Source: Amphiscolops sp. MND2022
Taxonomy: Eukaryota
Assembly (NCBI GenBank): GCA_964187785.1
Contig: OZ076410.1
Coordinates: forward strand, 22,754,001 to 22,818,000
Direction: 5' to 3'
DNA: 64,000 nucleotides
The notes beneath the pieces are model-generated. The model worked only from the letters and a program-made list of their open reading frames with translations, searched no databases and was not told the origin of the DNA. The position numbers and the translations under genes were made by a program. Shown here piece by piece: positions 26,532-40,500 of the stretch (position 1 is its first letter; each line of letters starts with the position of its first letter).

Positions 26532-29500
26532 ATTGCAATAGTGTAAACTGCAGTCCATGTTTTATCTTTTGGCGAATTCTCGTTATTCGATAGCCCGAGT
26601 TAACCATTCATTCTAGTACTTTTGTATTTTGATTACAAGAGTACAAAAACTTCTCACAAAGATCATGTCATGATTCACAATAAAACGGTTGCAATAATGG
26701 TATTTTACGATGGTGTCACAGCCTGGCTCAGACAGTTAATCTAGGTTTATTCGGATTACTGCCATGCAATGTACTTTGTTATGGTTTTTCGAAAACTCTT
26801 CAAGAAGCCGAGAATGTCAAAGCGAAAAGACAAACTCACAAGTCAGATTGAGCGCATGTTTATTAAGAACTAGAATCAAAACTTCAAACAAATAAACAGT
26901 TTTAGCGCAAATTGTGCACACAAATATACTATGAACTAAGGAACGGTACCTTAAAAATGGGAAAGCACCGGAGAAGTTTGATGAAAAGATTTAAAAATTC
27001 ACAACATAACTACTACATTACAGCTCTCATGAGCACTCACAATTTACGTCTCTCTGTTAACCCGGAATAGAGGAGGAACTTTCCGGATCCATCCAGAAAT
27101 CTGGTGCTTAAACTTTAAACCGCAATATCTCCTGAACTATTCAAGTCCGACAAACGATTTTTACCGGGTTCAAAAGAAGATAATCAGGGCTTTCAATTTG
27201 ATTTTTGAACCGCTGGACTGGGCGCCCGCTAGTGCCAAAAGTCAACAATCCGTGAAAATGCGTGCAATACTATGTAATATCGTCTGGAAATCATATTCAA
27301 GAGTTTTCTTTGCAAGTTGCTTGTCAGTTGTTGCCTTTGGAAGTTTGCAGGTCTTAATTGGTGCAAAAACGTACCACGGTGCTATTCCGGGTTGATATCA
27401 CAAAACTTAGCATAACAAATATGATTGCCATGACAGTTCTGTCAGAATCATCGTGGGAATGGAATTTTTTATCTTGACACTGTATGTATCTGTTCTATTT
27501 CGTATGTCACCAACAACTTCTACTACCTCTTGTGCCTTGGTAGCAGCAAAGATAGAAGAAGGCAGAAGGAATTAAAAAGATTCAGTAGTCTCGTTTTTTG
27601 ATTAATAATATGAATGTCTTGCTCCTAGATGAACATCGTTCATTTTTCGCACCATTGAAGCACGAATAACATTATTTCCAATACATTTTGACCTTTCTAC
27701 GCATAGAAACCATGGTTACGTCTATGGCTTGATTTTCATTAACAAGATTTTCATTTAAGAGGGTTGGAGAACAAAAAGGTAAAAAGGATTAAAGACAGTC
27801 AAATTCACTGCTTCAGGAAATGAAACGCAGAAAATTTGACTTCAGTGCTAGATGGAATGTAATCATTTTTAAAAATTTTTTATGGCTCAGTAAGTGCCCC
27901 CCCCCAAAAAAAAAGAGAAAAGGATTACATATACGTAATCTTTTATAACGGTTATAACGGAGACTCTCGCAAAAAGACACATAATAAAATTTCAATCTCT
28001 ATTGACGGAATATTGCATTTTTTGAGAGTATAGGGAAACAACAAAAGTTCAATCAGAAAGCACGATGGACAAATCCTCTGCTGTTTGAGATCATTTTCAA
28101 TTTTTCGGCTGCTTGGCATTTCGACCCATTGGGAATTCCTCGTTAAACTGCAGAGTAATTCAACAAAATTTATAACCGTTACTGAATTTTCTAAGTTCTA
28201 TGCAAATTTGCCTTGTATGCAGGCCTGCAGATATAAAAAGTTCCAGGAACATCGACTATAAGTATTACACCTTTTCTGAATTTCATGATCGAATCATCTA
28301 AAAAACCTAGAAGTTAAAGAAAAAACTGAAATCATATTTCGTGAAACTATGGAAATTTCCTTCTTTTTCAGCATAAAATTAGGACATGAAATAGCGAGTG
28401 ATTCTGAAAGAAAAAGTATTTTTGATGGAGGAAGCCTAAACATAATTACATTTTCATCTTTCATAGCTTGGTGTAACAAACGTAACAATAGGAATTGCCT
28501 AATCAATTCCGCAAAATTCAAGAATCTTTTCTTTGCTCCACGTCGTATTAGTTTCTATTATGTTTTTACGAACAGCCTAATTAGGCACCAACATAATCGA
28601 GTCATTGCATTCACCTTCTAATTGGGTACCGCAACACAAGAGTTTGAATATTTTCCGTTTCTCAATATTGTTTGGTTTTTTCTCCATTTTCAATTTTTTT
28701 CAGCGACAAAGTGGAATCAAAAGTTGATTGCACAGGAGAATAGCGACTGATTTCTCCCCTAAAGCAACTTCGAGGACAAATAATTGATTAAATTTTTGAG
28801 GAAGCTAATTTTTCTGGTTGCACAGCGTGAGTTTTCGTCTTTTCTATAAAAAGACCAGAAGCATGGAAAACGGAACAAAAATGCGAAAATGACAAATTCT
28901 CGATAAAATTGGTTTTGTTTGTTCACGAATGAAGCAAACATTTCATCAAAAAACATAGCTGTCGGCAAAATGCGAGCAAGCTGTTTCATCGAACGAAAAT
29001 AAACAGACAAAATTATTTTTAGACTAGTTTCTCTAGCCGTGTTTGGGTAGTGGCGCGTAGTATATCGACTTTAGACAAAAATCAATAAATTTTGTATGCT
29101 CATAGAAGATTTCAGGAAAAAATTGCCATTATTAAAAATTAATAATTTTCGTACGATAAAATTAATGCGGTCATTTTTTTCTCAGAAGAACGTTGTTGAG
29201 GTTTCGGACACTCACATCACGTTTAAACAAGCTGGGAACGGCATCATTTGCGCCCCGTTTAGGGCTCAAAACGCGCAAAATACTTCGAAGCTTTAGGGAA
29301 TTTTCGAATAATACTCAATTTCACGGTAGAAAAAAATTGAAGGGAGTCTTGAAAATGCTTCATTCTATATTACTAAAGTGCTAAATGGCTGTTCTCATGA
29401 GATTGAGTTGCAAAGTGCCGAAACAATTCAAAGAGGTCCCTTACATATTTTGGAGACATTTTAAAAGAAAAGCATAAAAAGAAAAGGCAGACTTTTTTAA

Positions 29501-29831
29501 CTTCAAATTTTTCGGCGAAAAAGTTGTACAGTGCTTGAAATCGACCTGGTTGAAAACGTCGTTTTTTAATGCAAAATAATTTCATTCACAAAAAACCGCA
29601 AACGAGCGTCATCTTTAGCGTGTTATTTGAACAGCGATGATTAGTTTAGATGAGAAGTTGAGAAATATAAGAGTGTATACAACGTGATAGCGTCGGAAAC
29701 CAAGCGGGAAATATTTTCGTTTTTAAAGTCGGTAGTGAAAACTTCACTGTAATCTTGAAAGTTTGATCACTGGATTTTGTAGGTTTATGAAAAAAAAACA
29801 CTTAATGCTGGCCTGCAAGAAAGTTAGAGTA

Positions 29832-30502
29832 CAGTACTGTGATTAAGAAATCGTCCCCCTATGCGCTAAGCGTCGTTGTTAACCAATTAGAATTGCGTAT
29901 TTGCTCTCACTTTCAATTCTGATTGGCGCATCAGTGAAATCTCCGGCGCGGAAAGAACACTTCTGCTATTTTACCAGTTTTGGGCAGGATTTCGAAATAT
30001 TTTTCTGAAAATTTTAATTTCATCGAATTCCGCAGATGTATAGAATTCAATGATATATTTTTTGTTTCAAAAACCATTCTAAATGGAAAAATAATCGCAG
30101 TTTTCCGCCGCGAAACGTTCATTTCATATCTTAATACATGTAAATCGACGAAATTTTACCTTTCGAGCATGATATTTCAAAAACGGTTGATAATTTTTGA
30201 ACTCTAAAAACACCCATAGATTCAGTAGATGTGTGCGAGTTATTTGAGCATAAAACTTGCCGAAAAAACTGTGGTTAAAACGGTCAAAAATTGGTAAAAC
30301 GGAAAAAAGCCCCAAATTTGCTCAAAATCAGCTAATTGTAAGTTTCTCAATTTTTGTCCCAGAAAAATTTAAAAAACACTAATGTAAACTAGATGAAATT
30401 CTAAGAAACTTTTATTTCTTATGTTTTTCAAAATTTTCAACAGATTTCGAGAAAATCGAGCCTAAAATCGCCCCGGGGGACGTTTTCTTAATCACAGTAC
30501 TG
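29832..30502 (+). mobile_element. Tc1/mariner-type MITE (671 bp)
   Basis: TIR CAGTACTGTGATTAAGAAA(T/A)CGTCCCCC; TA at 29830-29831 and 30503-30504; second copy at 1-266. Confidence 0.9.
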
Positions 30503-33245
30503 TAGTCCCGAGTAGGGCGCCACCAAATTTCAGAATGTTGCCGAAAATGAATCGTGAGAATTTCCATTCAAGATCACAAACGTTGGTGTTAAATTTAGTG
30601 CCCGTTCCCATTTTTTATAATTTCCCCATTAGCACCGAGGAAGTGAACTTTCGGCATTTGCTGAAAATTATTACCGATGATTTCACATTTGAAACTTCGA
30701 TGTAATTTTTGTTTTTTGTATGTCGACGCCAATCGAAAATAGGTATCTAAAATCGAAACAAAATAGCGTGAAATTGGCTCTAATTAAGCGGCAGGACCAA
30801 TTCTGGTTTTGTATTTTTGGCACATGGCAATGATACTTTTAAAGTACCTATTCTACGTAACATAAATTGACTATCACTGAATACATCAAGTCAAATTGGT
30901 CTACAAACAACTTCCTATCTTGGACCTCTAAGGGTTCATCTTGGTGTCTTTGACCACTGAGGGTCGATAATGATATGACAACTGGTCCTTCAGCGTGAAT
31001 TAAGGAAATGCTATGCAGAAATTGCGCCAATTTAAAACTAAATAATGAAGGAACCTCATTTAAAGTGAGACTAAAGCCTTCAGTTATCGAAGGGGTATTG
31101 ATACGAAGGGAACTACGTACAATTACATAGCGTTTAATTGCAGTCAATGAATTGAAGTCCTAATATTGCCATTTATAAAAAAAACTATCTTATTTTTATT
31201 TGAAGAAGAAAGTACCAAAAACTTTAGCGACATTTTTATAACTACATCTTGGGGAAAAATCAGCTGCCATTTCCGGGACATCACAAGCTTTCAGTTTTTT
31301 CGTCATTAGAGTTCTGTTTCCGGCAATTTGAGCCATCTCTCCCGTTCTCATTTTGTTCTCAAGAATAAACAGTTTGTGTATTGAATTTCAAAAAAGCACA
31401 TTTGAATTACCTCGCAATGAACCCAAATGTTAATAGTTAACAACTAGTAATTTCATAATCTTGAATCAACTTTTGGATTCATTGGGACCAGTTTGAATGG
31501 TGCAATTTTTTGAAATTCAAGATAAACAGACTGTATTAAATTTAAATTTCAATTAAGACGGAACATTTCTAGCATTTTGAGGAAAACTAATGACATTTTT
31601 TCACTGCGACATTTCGGATGTTGTGAAATTTTCAAGCTCGCTTCTTCCAAAAATGTTAGAATTCATTATCCAACATAAATCAAACAATTCATCCCAGATG
31701 CTTCTGTAGATTGCTAAAGTATAAAAATTTTAATTTTACTTTTCAATGCTAGGAAACAAAACAATCTATTTACAAGGACATCTCAGGTTGTCAATACTCC
31801 GGATTGACAGTTAAGTTGGCAAAAGAAATCCCTAGGCGTTAAATTCATTGCGTGACCGAAAACAAGTTGATATACTAATTGAATTCAAAATGCCTGTCCC
31901 GTGTTTTTTGTTCAACTGCCAATTTCGATGACTGACTCAGAACCATATTATCAAATCATTTGAATAATTTGAAGTCGAGTAACTCTAAAGAGTTTAATTT
32001 GAAACTGTTGCTTGAGGAACAATTACTGATTTTCTTTGACTTTCCATTGACGTGTTCCACGAAGTTGCTGAAAAGCTGCAAACATTCAGAAAGATTCCCG
32101 CCCCGAAATATTTTGACAGAGACGTATTCTTAAAGCTCGAGCGTAGCCAACAATTACGAGATTGCAAAAAACTTCGAGAAATTGGAAGTTATGATATTCT
32201 TATCATACTCTTGTATAGACAAATAAGATACTCCATGCTTCAGAAAAAGATTAAAATTGTGTCTATTTTTGACCATTTTTTATCAATTTTAGAAGGGTAT
32301 CGGTCGGTTTCCACAGTAGTCATCAACAAAAGACCTTGCTAATTAGATTTCTCTTGTTCAAACATTTTAGCGTCTTTTTCCGATAAAAAAAAAGAGGATG
32401 AAACGAAAAGTGTACTATATATACCCTTCCCCGGGTAATATCTCACTCACAGGAAGCTATGGTATATATTTGCAGCCATTTTGTCAAGACGCAGTCGACT
32501 TTAAGGTGATCTCGAAATGACTTGTAGAGGTCACAAAGGGCTGACTGCTCATCAAGCTTTTTCACTTTTGTTTCCTCCGCCAAAAGCATTTTTTTCATAA
32601 CCATATGCCAAAACTAGAAATGAAGAATTTGCTCAAAACCTCAAAATATTGAGTTGACAGAGTTTGAAACCTTATTCCGTACCATCAAATGCCTAATTCT
32701 GTGAACCATAGTTTCAATGCTCATTCTGTAGTCGCACTCAAGTAGTAGTAACTAGTTTAGTAGCCTTAGTAGCCTTTTGATTGTTGTGGCAAATGTTATA
32801 GCAGCAAAATGCCTAATTGAAAAATACAAGCAAAGTTGCTTGTTTTCATGTTTCATTGATTATAAGTAGTTAAATTCGAAAACAGCCGAAATTGCTTGGA
32901 TTTGACACAACAATTATCATTATTGCCGTTTATTCGAGTTGTTTATAACATTCTACCGAACGATCCAATTGCAGCTTTGGCTTATCCGCTCAGACTAAAA
33001 ATCGAAAAAGTTGATTGAAATCCATACCGTACACCTAATAGACCCACAGTTAAAATTACACGGATTGAACGCAATAAGCTAATCCTTGCATGGAACTATA
33101 TCGTTCTATACAGTGACTTCATACCGGTTTCATGCATGGAATCGTATGGAACCAAACAGTTACATAAACTAAAACATGATATAGCATACGCACTTTTGTT
33201 CCAGGCATGACTTCAAAACAGCCAACAAAGCAACACGATAATCAT

Positions 33246-33754
33246 AAACAAGACGGGAACGTCTAAAGTCGGCGCTATATCTAAGGCTCAAAAAGCGCAA
33301 AAGACTTTTTTTTGAAATAAAACTTGAAATTTTTGAATTTTTTTTCTTTAAGAAAATGTCGCATAGTGCCAAAAAATGTAAAAGGGGGACCCTTTGGGCT
33401 TTATTAACATATATTCCGTTGCAAAATATCAAAAAACTCGAAAGGGGGACTCTTTTGAGGCGTTAAAAAATTTTCGAAAAAAAGTCGCACAATGCCGAAA
33501 AAAAATTGAAAGGGGGGGACAAACCCTTTAGTCTCGTCCGGTTTTGTAGGTTACGTTAAAATAGTAAAAAATGAAAGGGGACCCTTTTGCACTAATTTCC
33601 GCTGACCGGACTTGGCCTTATGGTAGTAGTTTAAGTAGTTTCGATTGTAAGAAAAGTGGCACAATCAGAGTGAGACTGTAGTCTGACGAAAAAAGAAGAA
33701 AAAAACTAGCCACTGTAAGAGTCGGGCACTTTTCCCTAGAAAAGCGCCGACTAA
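33246..33754 (+). mobile_element. DINE-1/Helentron-like non-autonomous element, copy C
   Basis: AAACAAGACGGGAACGTCTAAAGTCGGCGC at the 5' end; AGTCGGGCACTTTTCCCTAGAAAAGCGCCGACTAAAA hairpin at the 3' end. Confidence 0.75.
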
Positions 33755-34640
33755 AAACACCGCTTGCATCCAGGTACATTAGGTGCATATAATTCCATAC
33801 GAAACACCTTTTAGATTCAAACGTTTTCGCGCTTATTTGGTTTTATGCATTGGGAACACATGGAAGGCACGGATGTCATAGTTCCTTTTATCGAATCGCA
33901 TAGAATTTTCTTCATCAAATGGTCCATGTGCGGAGTTGTGTAACGGCAAGGTGTTATCGGTCGCTTAACGCGTTAACAAAGGTGGAGGAACCTGCAGAAA
34001 TGGGTGAATCGCTCGGGTGGCCCATCGCCACAGATCCATTTTGCCTCCAGGGGTGAAATACGTCCCGGGGCCGTGGGTTCTTCGACGAATACTGACCAAC
34101 CGGTCCTAGCCCATTGCTAATAGTAAAGGGCATCTTCCTGATTCTCTAAAGACCACCGCTTAACTAGCACACAAAAACTGCCAAGAATAAGGTAAATTTC
34201 CAGTTTCAGGGCGACACCGGAATAGTATCTAAAGTTGGGAATAGTATCTACAACTGCCGAAACGAGCTCTCGGGCTACCAAATACAGCTAAAACCAGTGA
34301 AAATACATCAAAGCACGCATGAATCTGACAGACCACACAGCTACAAGTTGCGATGGACGAACGGTGGATAATTACCATAATTATGGCAGACCAAATCTAA
34401 CCATGACCTCAGATTGTTGGAGTGTAGGACGAATTAAGGTCACTGGATCGAACTTTAGTTAAATGAACACATTTCACCGTCTATACGGTTAACCGGGATC
34501 TAATCGAACCAAATATTACCGTCTGGATATGATTTTTAGAGCTTTATTGAGCTAGAAGATAGACTATTTATATTTTAGATAAAATGAAGTCAATTTACAT
34601 GTAGAATTGGCTTTTATCATCTCAACTAAACGTTCGAATA

Positions 34641-35126
34641 TAACAAGACGAGAACGCCTCAAGTCGGCGCTATATCTAAGGCTCAAAAAGCGCAAAACAT
34701 TTTTTTTTGGAAAAAAACTTGAAATTTTCGAAAAAAAAATTCTTTCGGAAAATGTCGGACAGTGCCGAAAAATGTAAAAGGGGGGACCCTTTTTGATTTA
34801 TAAACACGCATTCTGTAGCAAAATAACAAAAAACTCAAAGGGGGGACCCTTTGGGGACATTAAAAAAAATTCGAAAAAAAATCTCACAGCGCCGAAAAAA
34901 AATCGAAAGGGGGGGGGTACGAAACTTTAGTCCCGTCCGGGCTTGTATGTAACGTTTAAAAAGTAAATGAATGCGCTCCCCGTTTGCCTTTAGCGGTCCA
35001 GTAGTTTAGTACTTATTTAGTGGTTGAACGTTAATTTTAACGTTCGTCGCTTCGAGTCTGTCTTAAATAAAAAAAACGAGTGACTGTAATAGTCGGGCTT
35101 TTTTCTTAAGAAAAACGCCGACTAAA
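34641..35126 (+). mobile_element. DINE-1/Helentron-like non-autonomous element, copy D
   Basis: TAACAAGACGAGAACGCCTCAAGTCGGCGC at the 5' end; AGTCGGGCTTTTTTCTTAAGAAAAACGCCGACTAAAA hairpin at the 3' end. Confidence 0.75.
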
Positions 35127-35527
35127 AATATGACTATTCGTTTGCGAGAAATTTGTTTCTGGGGAATAGACTTTTTCCACGATGTTGAAGCTGTTCGGCT
35201 GTTGTTTTTGTGTTTTTCGTTGGTAGTTCAAATCTTATAGATAGTTTTACGATGCTTAAAAAATCAAAAAGCTTGGAACGATCACTGAAAATGTTGAAAA
35301 TAAAATAAGTGTGATGATTAGACGTTACCTAAAAAAATAAAACAGTCATTTTGCGTAGGCATGTTTTTCATCCATGCACGCAAAATTAAATTCGCCATCT
35401 TATGATGACTATCTAATGTGAAATACTGAACCCTCGAGTCGGTAACACTTGAATAGCGTAGGATATATTTGGTTGATCAGTACTGGAAAAATAGGACACT
35501 GGTGCTTTGATCCATTGACCTAAAGGG

Positions 35528-35960
35528 TAACAAGAGGGGAATGTCTAAAATCGGCATCCAAGACTCAAAAAGTCTTTTGAATATGTCAAAAAGCTGTTTT
35601 TTCTAAGAAGTTTGGAAAATCTAACAGTGCCAAAAAAGTCCAAAGGACGCGAAAGATAGAAAATTGTACTTTTGCAACTAGAAAGATTGAAAAACCAAAG
35701 AGGAGACCCTTTAATGAAATGGAAAACTACAAAAAAGCTGCACTAAGCCGACAAAAACCCAAAGGGGGCCTTTTGCTCGTATGTGGCTTTTAAATTTCCC
35801 CTATAAACGTAAACTCTCAAAGAGCCGGCCTTTTGGTCCTTTTGGGTATCATTTAAATCTTCGGCGTAAAACGTGGTCCATTAAGATGCATTTTGCCATC
35901 TGACAAGAAATCTAGTCACTGAAATAATCGGTTTCTTACAAAATGCGCCGGCCAAGTAAA
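35528..35960 (+). mobile_element. DINE-1/Helentron-like family, old diverged copy E
   Basis: TAACAAGAGGGGAATGTCTAAAATCGGC at the start; AATAATCGGTTTCTTACAAAATGCGCCGGCC at the end. Lies 40 bp from the exon-1 donor. Confidence 0.55.
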
Positions 35961-36000
35961 AAGTACTTGAAATGGGGCTATACTATAAGATTGTGCTTAC

Positions 36001-36124
36001 CAGCTCCGAGGAGAAGGAGTTTGATATCTTTTGCAGCTAGAGTGGCATCTTCCTTCAAGCCTCTTTCGATCGCCCTCGATCTTTCCAAAGCCTCCCGCTC
36101 TTCTGCGCTCATAGTGCAGCCCAT
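36001..36124 (-). CDS. GNAO1: G-protein alpha-o subunit, coding exon 1
   Basis: [41 protein letters not shown](G). MGC lipidation motif; donor G|GTAAGC; phase 1, joins exon 2 to give GAGESGKST. Confidence 0.95.
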
Positions 36125-36233
36125 GATGATAAATTAATAAATATAAACTAGTTATAACGTCTGGTTAACAGTAATTGAATTGGTAAGTCGTCACTTCGTC
36201 GACTGCAAGTGAGATCTTTGATTCACTTCGCTC

Positions 36234-36260
36234 CTGAAAAGAAAACAGTAAAAAATGCTT
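36234..36260 (-). promoter_or_regulatory. Candidate splice acceptor (5'UTR intron or outron) 109 nt upstream of the Galpha-o ATG
   Basis: Minus strand reads TTTTTACTGTTTTCTTTTCAG|GAGCG: a polypyrimidine tract plus CAG. No upstream exon identified. Confidence 0.5.
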
Positions 36261-36292
36261 GGGTAATGTTTTTTGAATGTTTTGTAGGCTTG

Positions 36293-36354
36293 TGTTAGAA
36301 AAAAAGATATCTTTGCTCTGAGATCTCAGAGCAAAGATATCTCTTTTTCTAACA
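36293..36354. repeat. 62-bp spacerless palindrome
   Basis: TGTTAGAAAAAAAGATATCTTTGCTCTGAGA|TCTCAGAGCAAAGATATCTCTTTTTCTAACA, one mismatch. Confidence 0.9.
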
Positions 36355-36768
36355 GTCGACTCAGATCGAAAAAGCAGCTTTTCTCACCAAATTTAGTTTT
36401 AAAAAGGACTACTTTATCTATTAGAGAACAAAACTTGAAGTCGATGTTATAATGAATTAATAGTCGGTCTATAAATTGCTTAGCGCCGACTAAAACGTGG
36501 GGTACTGAACAAGATAGAAACTGGTATTCTTTTGAGCTGAATTTTTGAAACTTTTAGGATGAATGAGTCACGCAAGATAACAAGAAAAGGTATAGACAGC
36601 TAGCTGGTCGTGGGGTCACTTATCTTACCTCGCAAAGGGTATTGGTGTCTCACAAAATATCAAAACTGTTGAAATCTGGCTCACTTTATATGAACACAGG
36701 CCGCTCAAGTAAGAATCGAATTCTCCGCAAGATCTCTTTAAGCCTCATGGTGATAATTTTATTATCTA

Positions 36769-37548
36769 CCCGGGTTGACCTATCATGCAAATCATACTAT
36801 GTTTCCATATATGGAAACTAGCGGCCATACAAAAAAAAACATTTTATGTTCATGTCATGACTTTAATGTTGTCATATATGGTCATTGTATGAGTTGCATG
36901 TTTTCCATAAAAGGTTTGCATGTTTTCCATGAAACATTATAGTAAAACTGAGTTTATTCCTAAAATATCTTTCGAAAGGTAATAGCCTTCGGCTGTTAAA
37001 GCTGAAGATGAAACCGGAGATCACTCCATCCTGACATCTAGAATCAATGACAGATACATTAATGTCTGTCAATTGAAGACTTTTGCTTACGCAAAATATA
37101 AAATTGTTACAAGTTAGTTTAACTTCATCTTATTATTGCATTAACTTTTTTGTTCCAGTCATAGCTCTTTTCAGTAAGATTTGTGCTTCAAACGAGATCA
37201 ATCGTGAAGAACTAAGTATCAGATACCACAAAATGATATTTGTGATGATGTTCGTACGTTTTTGATGAAAATTGGTTCATTGTTAAGAAGCAGCCAACAA
37301 ACACATTAACCTGGGCGGTAATTGACTACGTTATGCTAATTTGTCATGTAAGGAAACCATTTAGTCCATAAAAGGATCATACTATGGAAACCATTCGTTC
37401 CATAAAATGACCATAGTATGGGAAACATGTTTCTCATAAAATGACCATAGATCTTTTTGTATGGTCATTTTATGGATGAACTGATTTCATAAACACCATA
37501 TATGACATTTTATGATCTACATGTTTTTCGTATGGTGGTCAACCCGGG
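36769..37548. mobile_element. TA-flanked TIR element (CCCGGGTTGACC ends)
   Basis: TA-CCCGGGTTGACC ... GGTCAACCCGGG-TA. Other ends of this family occur at 707-720 and ~1883-1893. Confidence 0.75.
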
Positions 37549-40500
37549 TACTGATAAACTTTTGTAAACTTTATTGTTCAAAGTCACGAAAGATAAGACG
37601 TTCTTTTGTCGCTGCGAATTTCGAAAACTTCGCGTTCATTTCAAAACATTTCCACTTTTTTCAACTGTATTTGGAAATTTCTGAGAGATTTTGTTAAACG
37701 AATTCGCAAGAACTTCAGTTTCTATTTGCACACCAGACGAATAAGCATTGTCATGCAATCCAAAGTCCGAAACACGAACGTTTGGAGAAATGCAAAACTA
37801 ATTAAACGTAAATTTCTTCAGTGTCAAAATGACAAATTTGAAATACGAAGGCAATAAAACTTTGTAAGCGCGAACTAAAAACATGTCAATCCGTCATTAC
37901 ATGACGAAAAGCAAACAAAAGGCCAGGCAGTAGTCTCAGTGTTTCGAATAACGTTCGTCTTATTGAGCAAGATTTTACCAACAACAATATTAATACCAAT
38001 TGGTAAATCAGAAACCTTTTGCATCGTAGTGAAAAAAAATTTACCATGTTTCCATACTTATGAAAGAGCGATATATCGAATTTCGTTACATAAATGGTGT
38101 CTTCTTAATTTTAGGGTGCCTTATTTTTCATAAATCACGAAAGCCATCAGCATTGCATTTTAGGAATAATTCAAGAAAATTTTTTTCATAGGTATACCAT
38201 GGTATGGAATGTGATTTTTTTCTAAAACTGTGGGAAGACCGATCGAGATGCAGATAAAATGTAATTCGATATATGTTCGTTGTCTCATGATGCAGACATG
38301 ACGCTTTACATTACGTGGGTGTTGTATATTAGAGCAAGCGATAAAATGGAAAACTGCCTTCCATCCAGAGCAGGAGGTACGGGGTATCATGTATATTTGA
38401 GCTCAAATATACGTGATCAAAGAGAATTTCAAAAACTCGCTCTGGGTAATCAAAATTATTTTGGATAGTTTTCTTACATCGAAAAACAGAAAAGTAGACT
38501 TTTGAACAAATCATTGCATTGAAAATGCAAATTGTTGCTTATTCACATAATTCCATTCTTTTCAGAATTTGCATGAAAATTGCTTGAAATTGCCTAACCT
38601 TTGGTAATAAGTCCTCCTGTCACCAGAAATGGTTTTTATATTTCGACAGAAAAAAGAGCCGGAGACAAGTAAAATATTTTGTGATAATTAAAGTTATAAA
38701 CTCCCTAATCAGGAGTTAAATTTAGTTTGAAGCAACGCTTTTCCAAGAACGGGATTTCTCCGGGATAAAGTTGAAGTTTAAACAGTCTTATGGAAGCGAT
38801 AGAAACGGAAGGAGAGAAGTTTGACGAAGTCTTTAGACTATTGAAACGTGTGAGAAATGCCGGTATGTTCTGTAAGAATTTTGCAAGTACGCTCTTTATG
38901 CTGGCAGCTAGGAAATTTTGTTAGAACGCCTTGTTAGAAATGTAGAACCGCTTGTTTATTCAACAACGTTGGCTAGATCCGCACTGGACTGAAACGAAGG
39001 CGAAGCGATGGTATAAAAGTATGTTGCCGGAGTTCAAATTCCAGTCATTGGCTGTACGCTGGAAGCCTACTTGAACCAGAGAAAGACGACGCTGCACACT
39101 TTTGGGAATGATCGTCTCTTTGTACATGGAAAATTTTGCTCGCTTGATCTATAAATACCTTTATCTAATTTTCAATTACATGGCTTGTAGCTCAAGGGGC
39201 TTATAGATACGTAATGCGCGTGGTCTGTGGTTATATGCCTTGTATAATATATATCTATCTGAGGAATATTTTGGCCCTTATTCGGTTTCCTGGTCTACTT
39301 TTCGGTTCCCAAATTTTGTATAAACAATGTATGCCAATCGTTCACGTGAACTCAGATAACAATATTTCAGCATGTTTTGTATAAATAGTTTGGTGTTGGA
39401 ATAGCGAAGCGGCGCAAGGACGTTTGAGTGCGTGAATATTTTATAATGTAGTTCTATAAAAACTTGTATACGTACCAGTCAGAAGTTTAAGTGAAGTGTT
39501 GTATACTAAAGCAAACCCGTGATTAGCAGCTTGTAAGTCGCAATGTAAAATACACGTTTGTAAAATTTGTAGAACTTGTTTTTGCTTTACTGTTCAAGTT
39601 AGCTCACGTTTCAATGAATGCTTTGGGTATAGCGTTTTTGTAAATTTATTTTCTTGTTCTTTATAACTTAAACAAGTACTAGGGGGTAAAGAGTTGAGAT
39701 GCAATGTTGCGCAAACGGGTGAAAATGAAGATGTTCAAGCGAGAGGTAGTATTTCTAAACCGAGACTAGTTTCTGCTAAATTTAGCTTCTTGGAGAAGCA
39801 AAAGTGTCTTAAACCACCTTGCAACGGAGCTACGAGGAAGGAAAGTAAAAAACTAGAATATCCCCACTGTTTTGCAACTGATGACTACAATTTAAAGCCG
39901 CCTATGTACGTTGTTAAACGCAGACCGTTTGTCGTTTGTTTTTTTTCTGTAAACAGGGGGGAGACTTTTGTGGTAGGAAGCAACAAAAGTGTGATGGCTT
40001 TTCGCACGTACGGATAGAAAAGAAATGCAGCGATGGAGCAAATAGCTCACCAGGATGTAAGAATTATAGCTGGGAATACAAGACAATGCATGGAAAAAGT
40101 AAAATGTGACTGCAGAGATGCCAAGACTACATGGAGCAGTTACTATGGCAGGAAAAGCGAAAAGAGGTATCAATAGAATTGCCTCTACCGCTGCTACTGT
40201 AAATGCTTTACAATTCCACTATACTTATACACGCATCCTTTGTATTTTAGCTACTCGCTACATGCGCAACTAGGACAACGAACGACCAAGTAGTGATGTT
40301 ATAAAAAGTAGTCGTTGCTTGGTATATGCTTATATATATTTTCACTAAAGTGGTATACACTACAGGAAAAAACGACTACGTAAAATACGGAACACGCTTT
40401 GAATGCAGTCATTTTTTGCTTTCTGTGTATAATGTTCTAATGAAATCGCTGAACCAGGATGTATATATTTTTCGTTACTTATACTGTAGCTACAGATGCA

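Noticed and set aside
35943-36137. Plus-strand 64-aa ORF
   Set aside because: It is the antisense shadow of Galpha-o exon 1.
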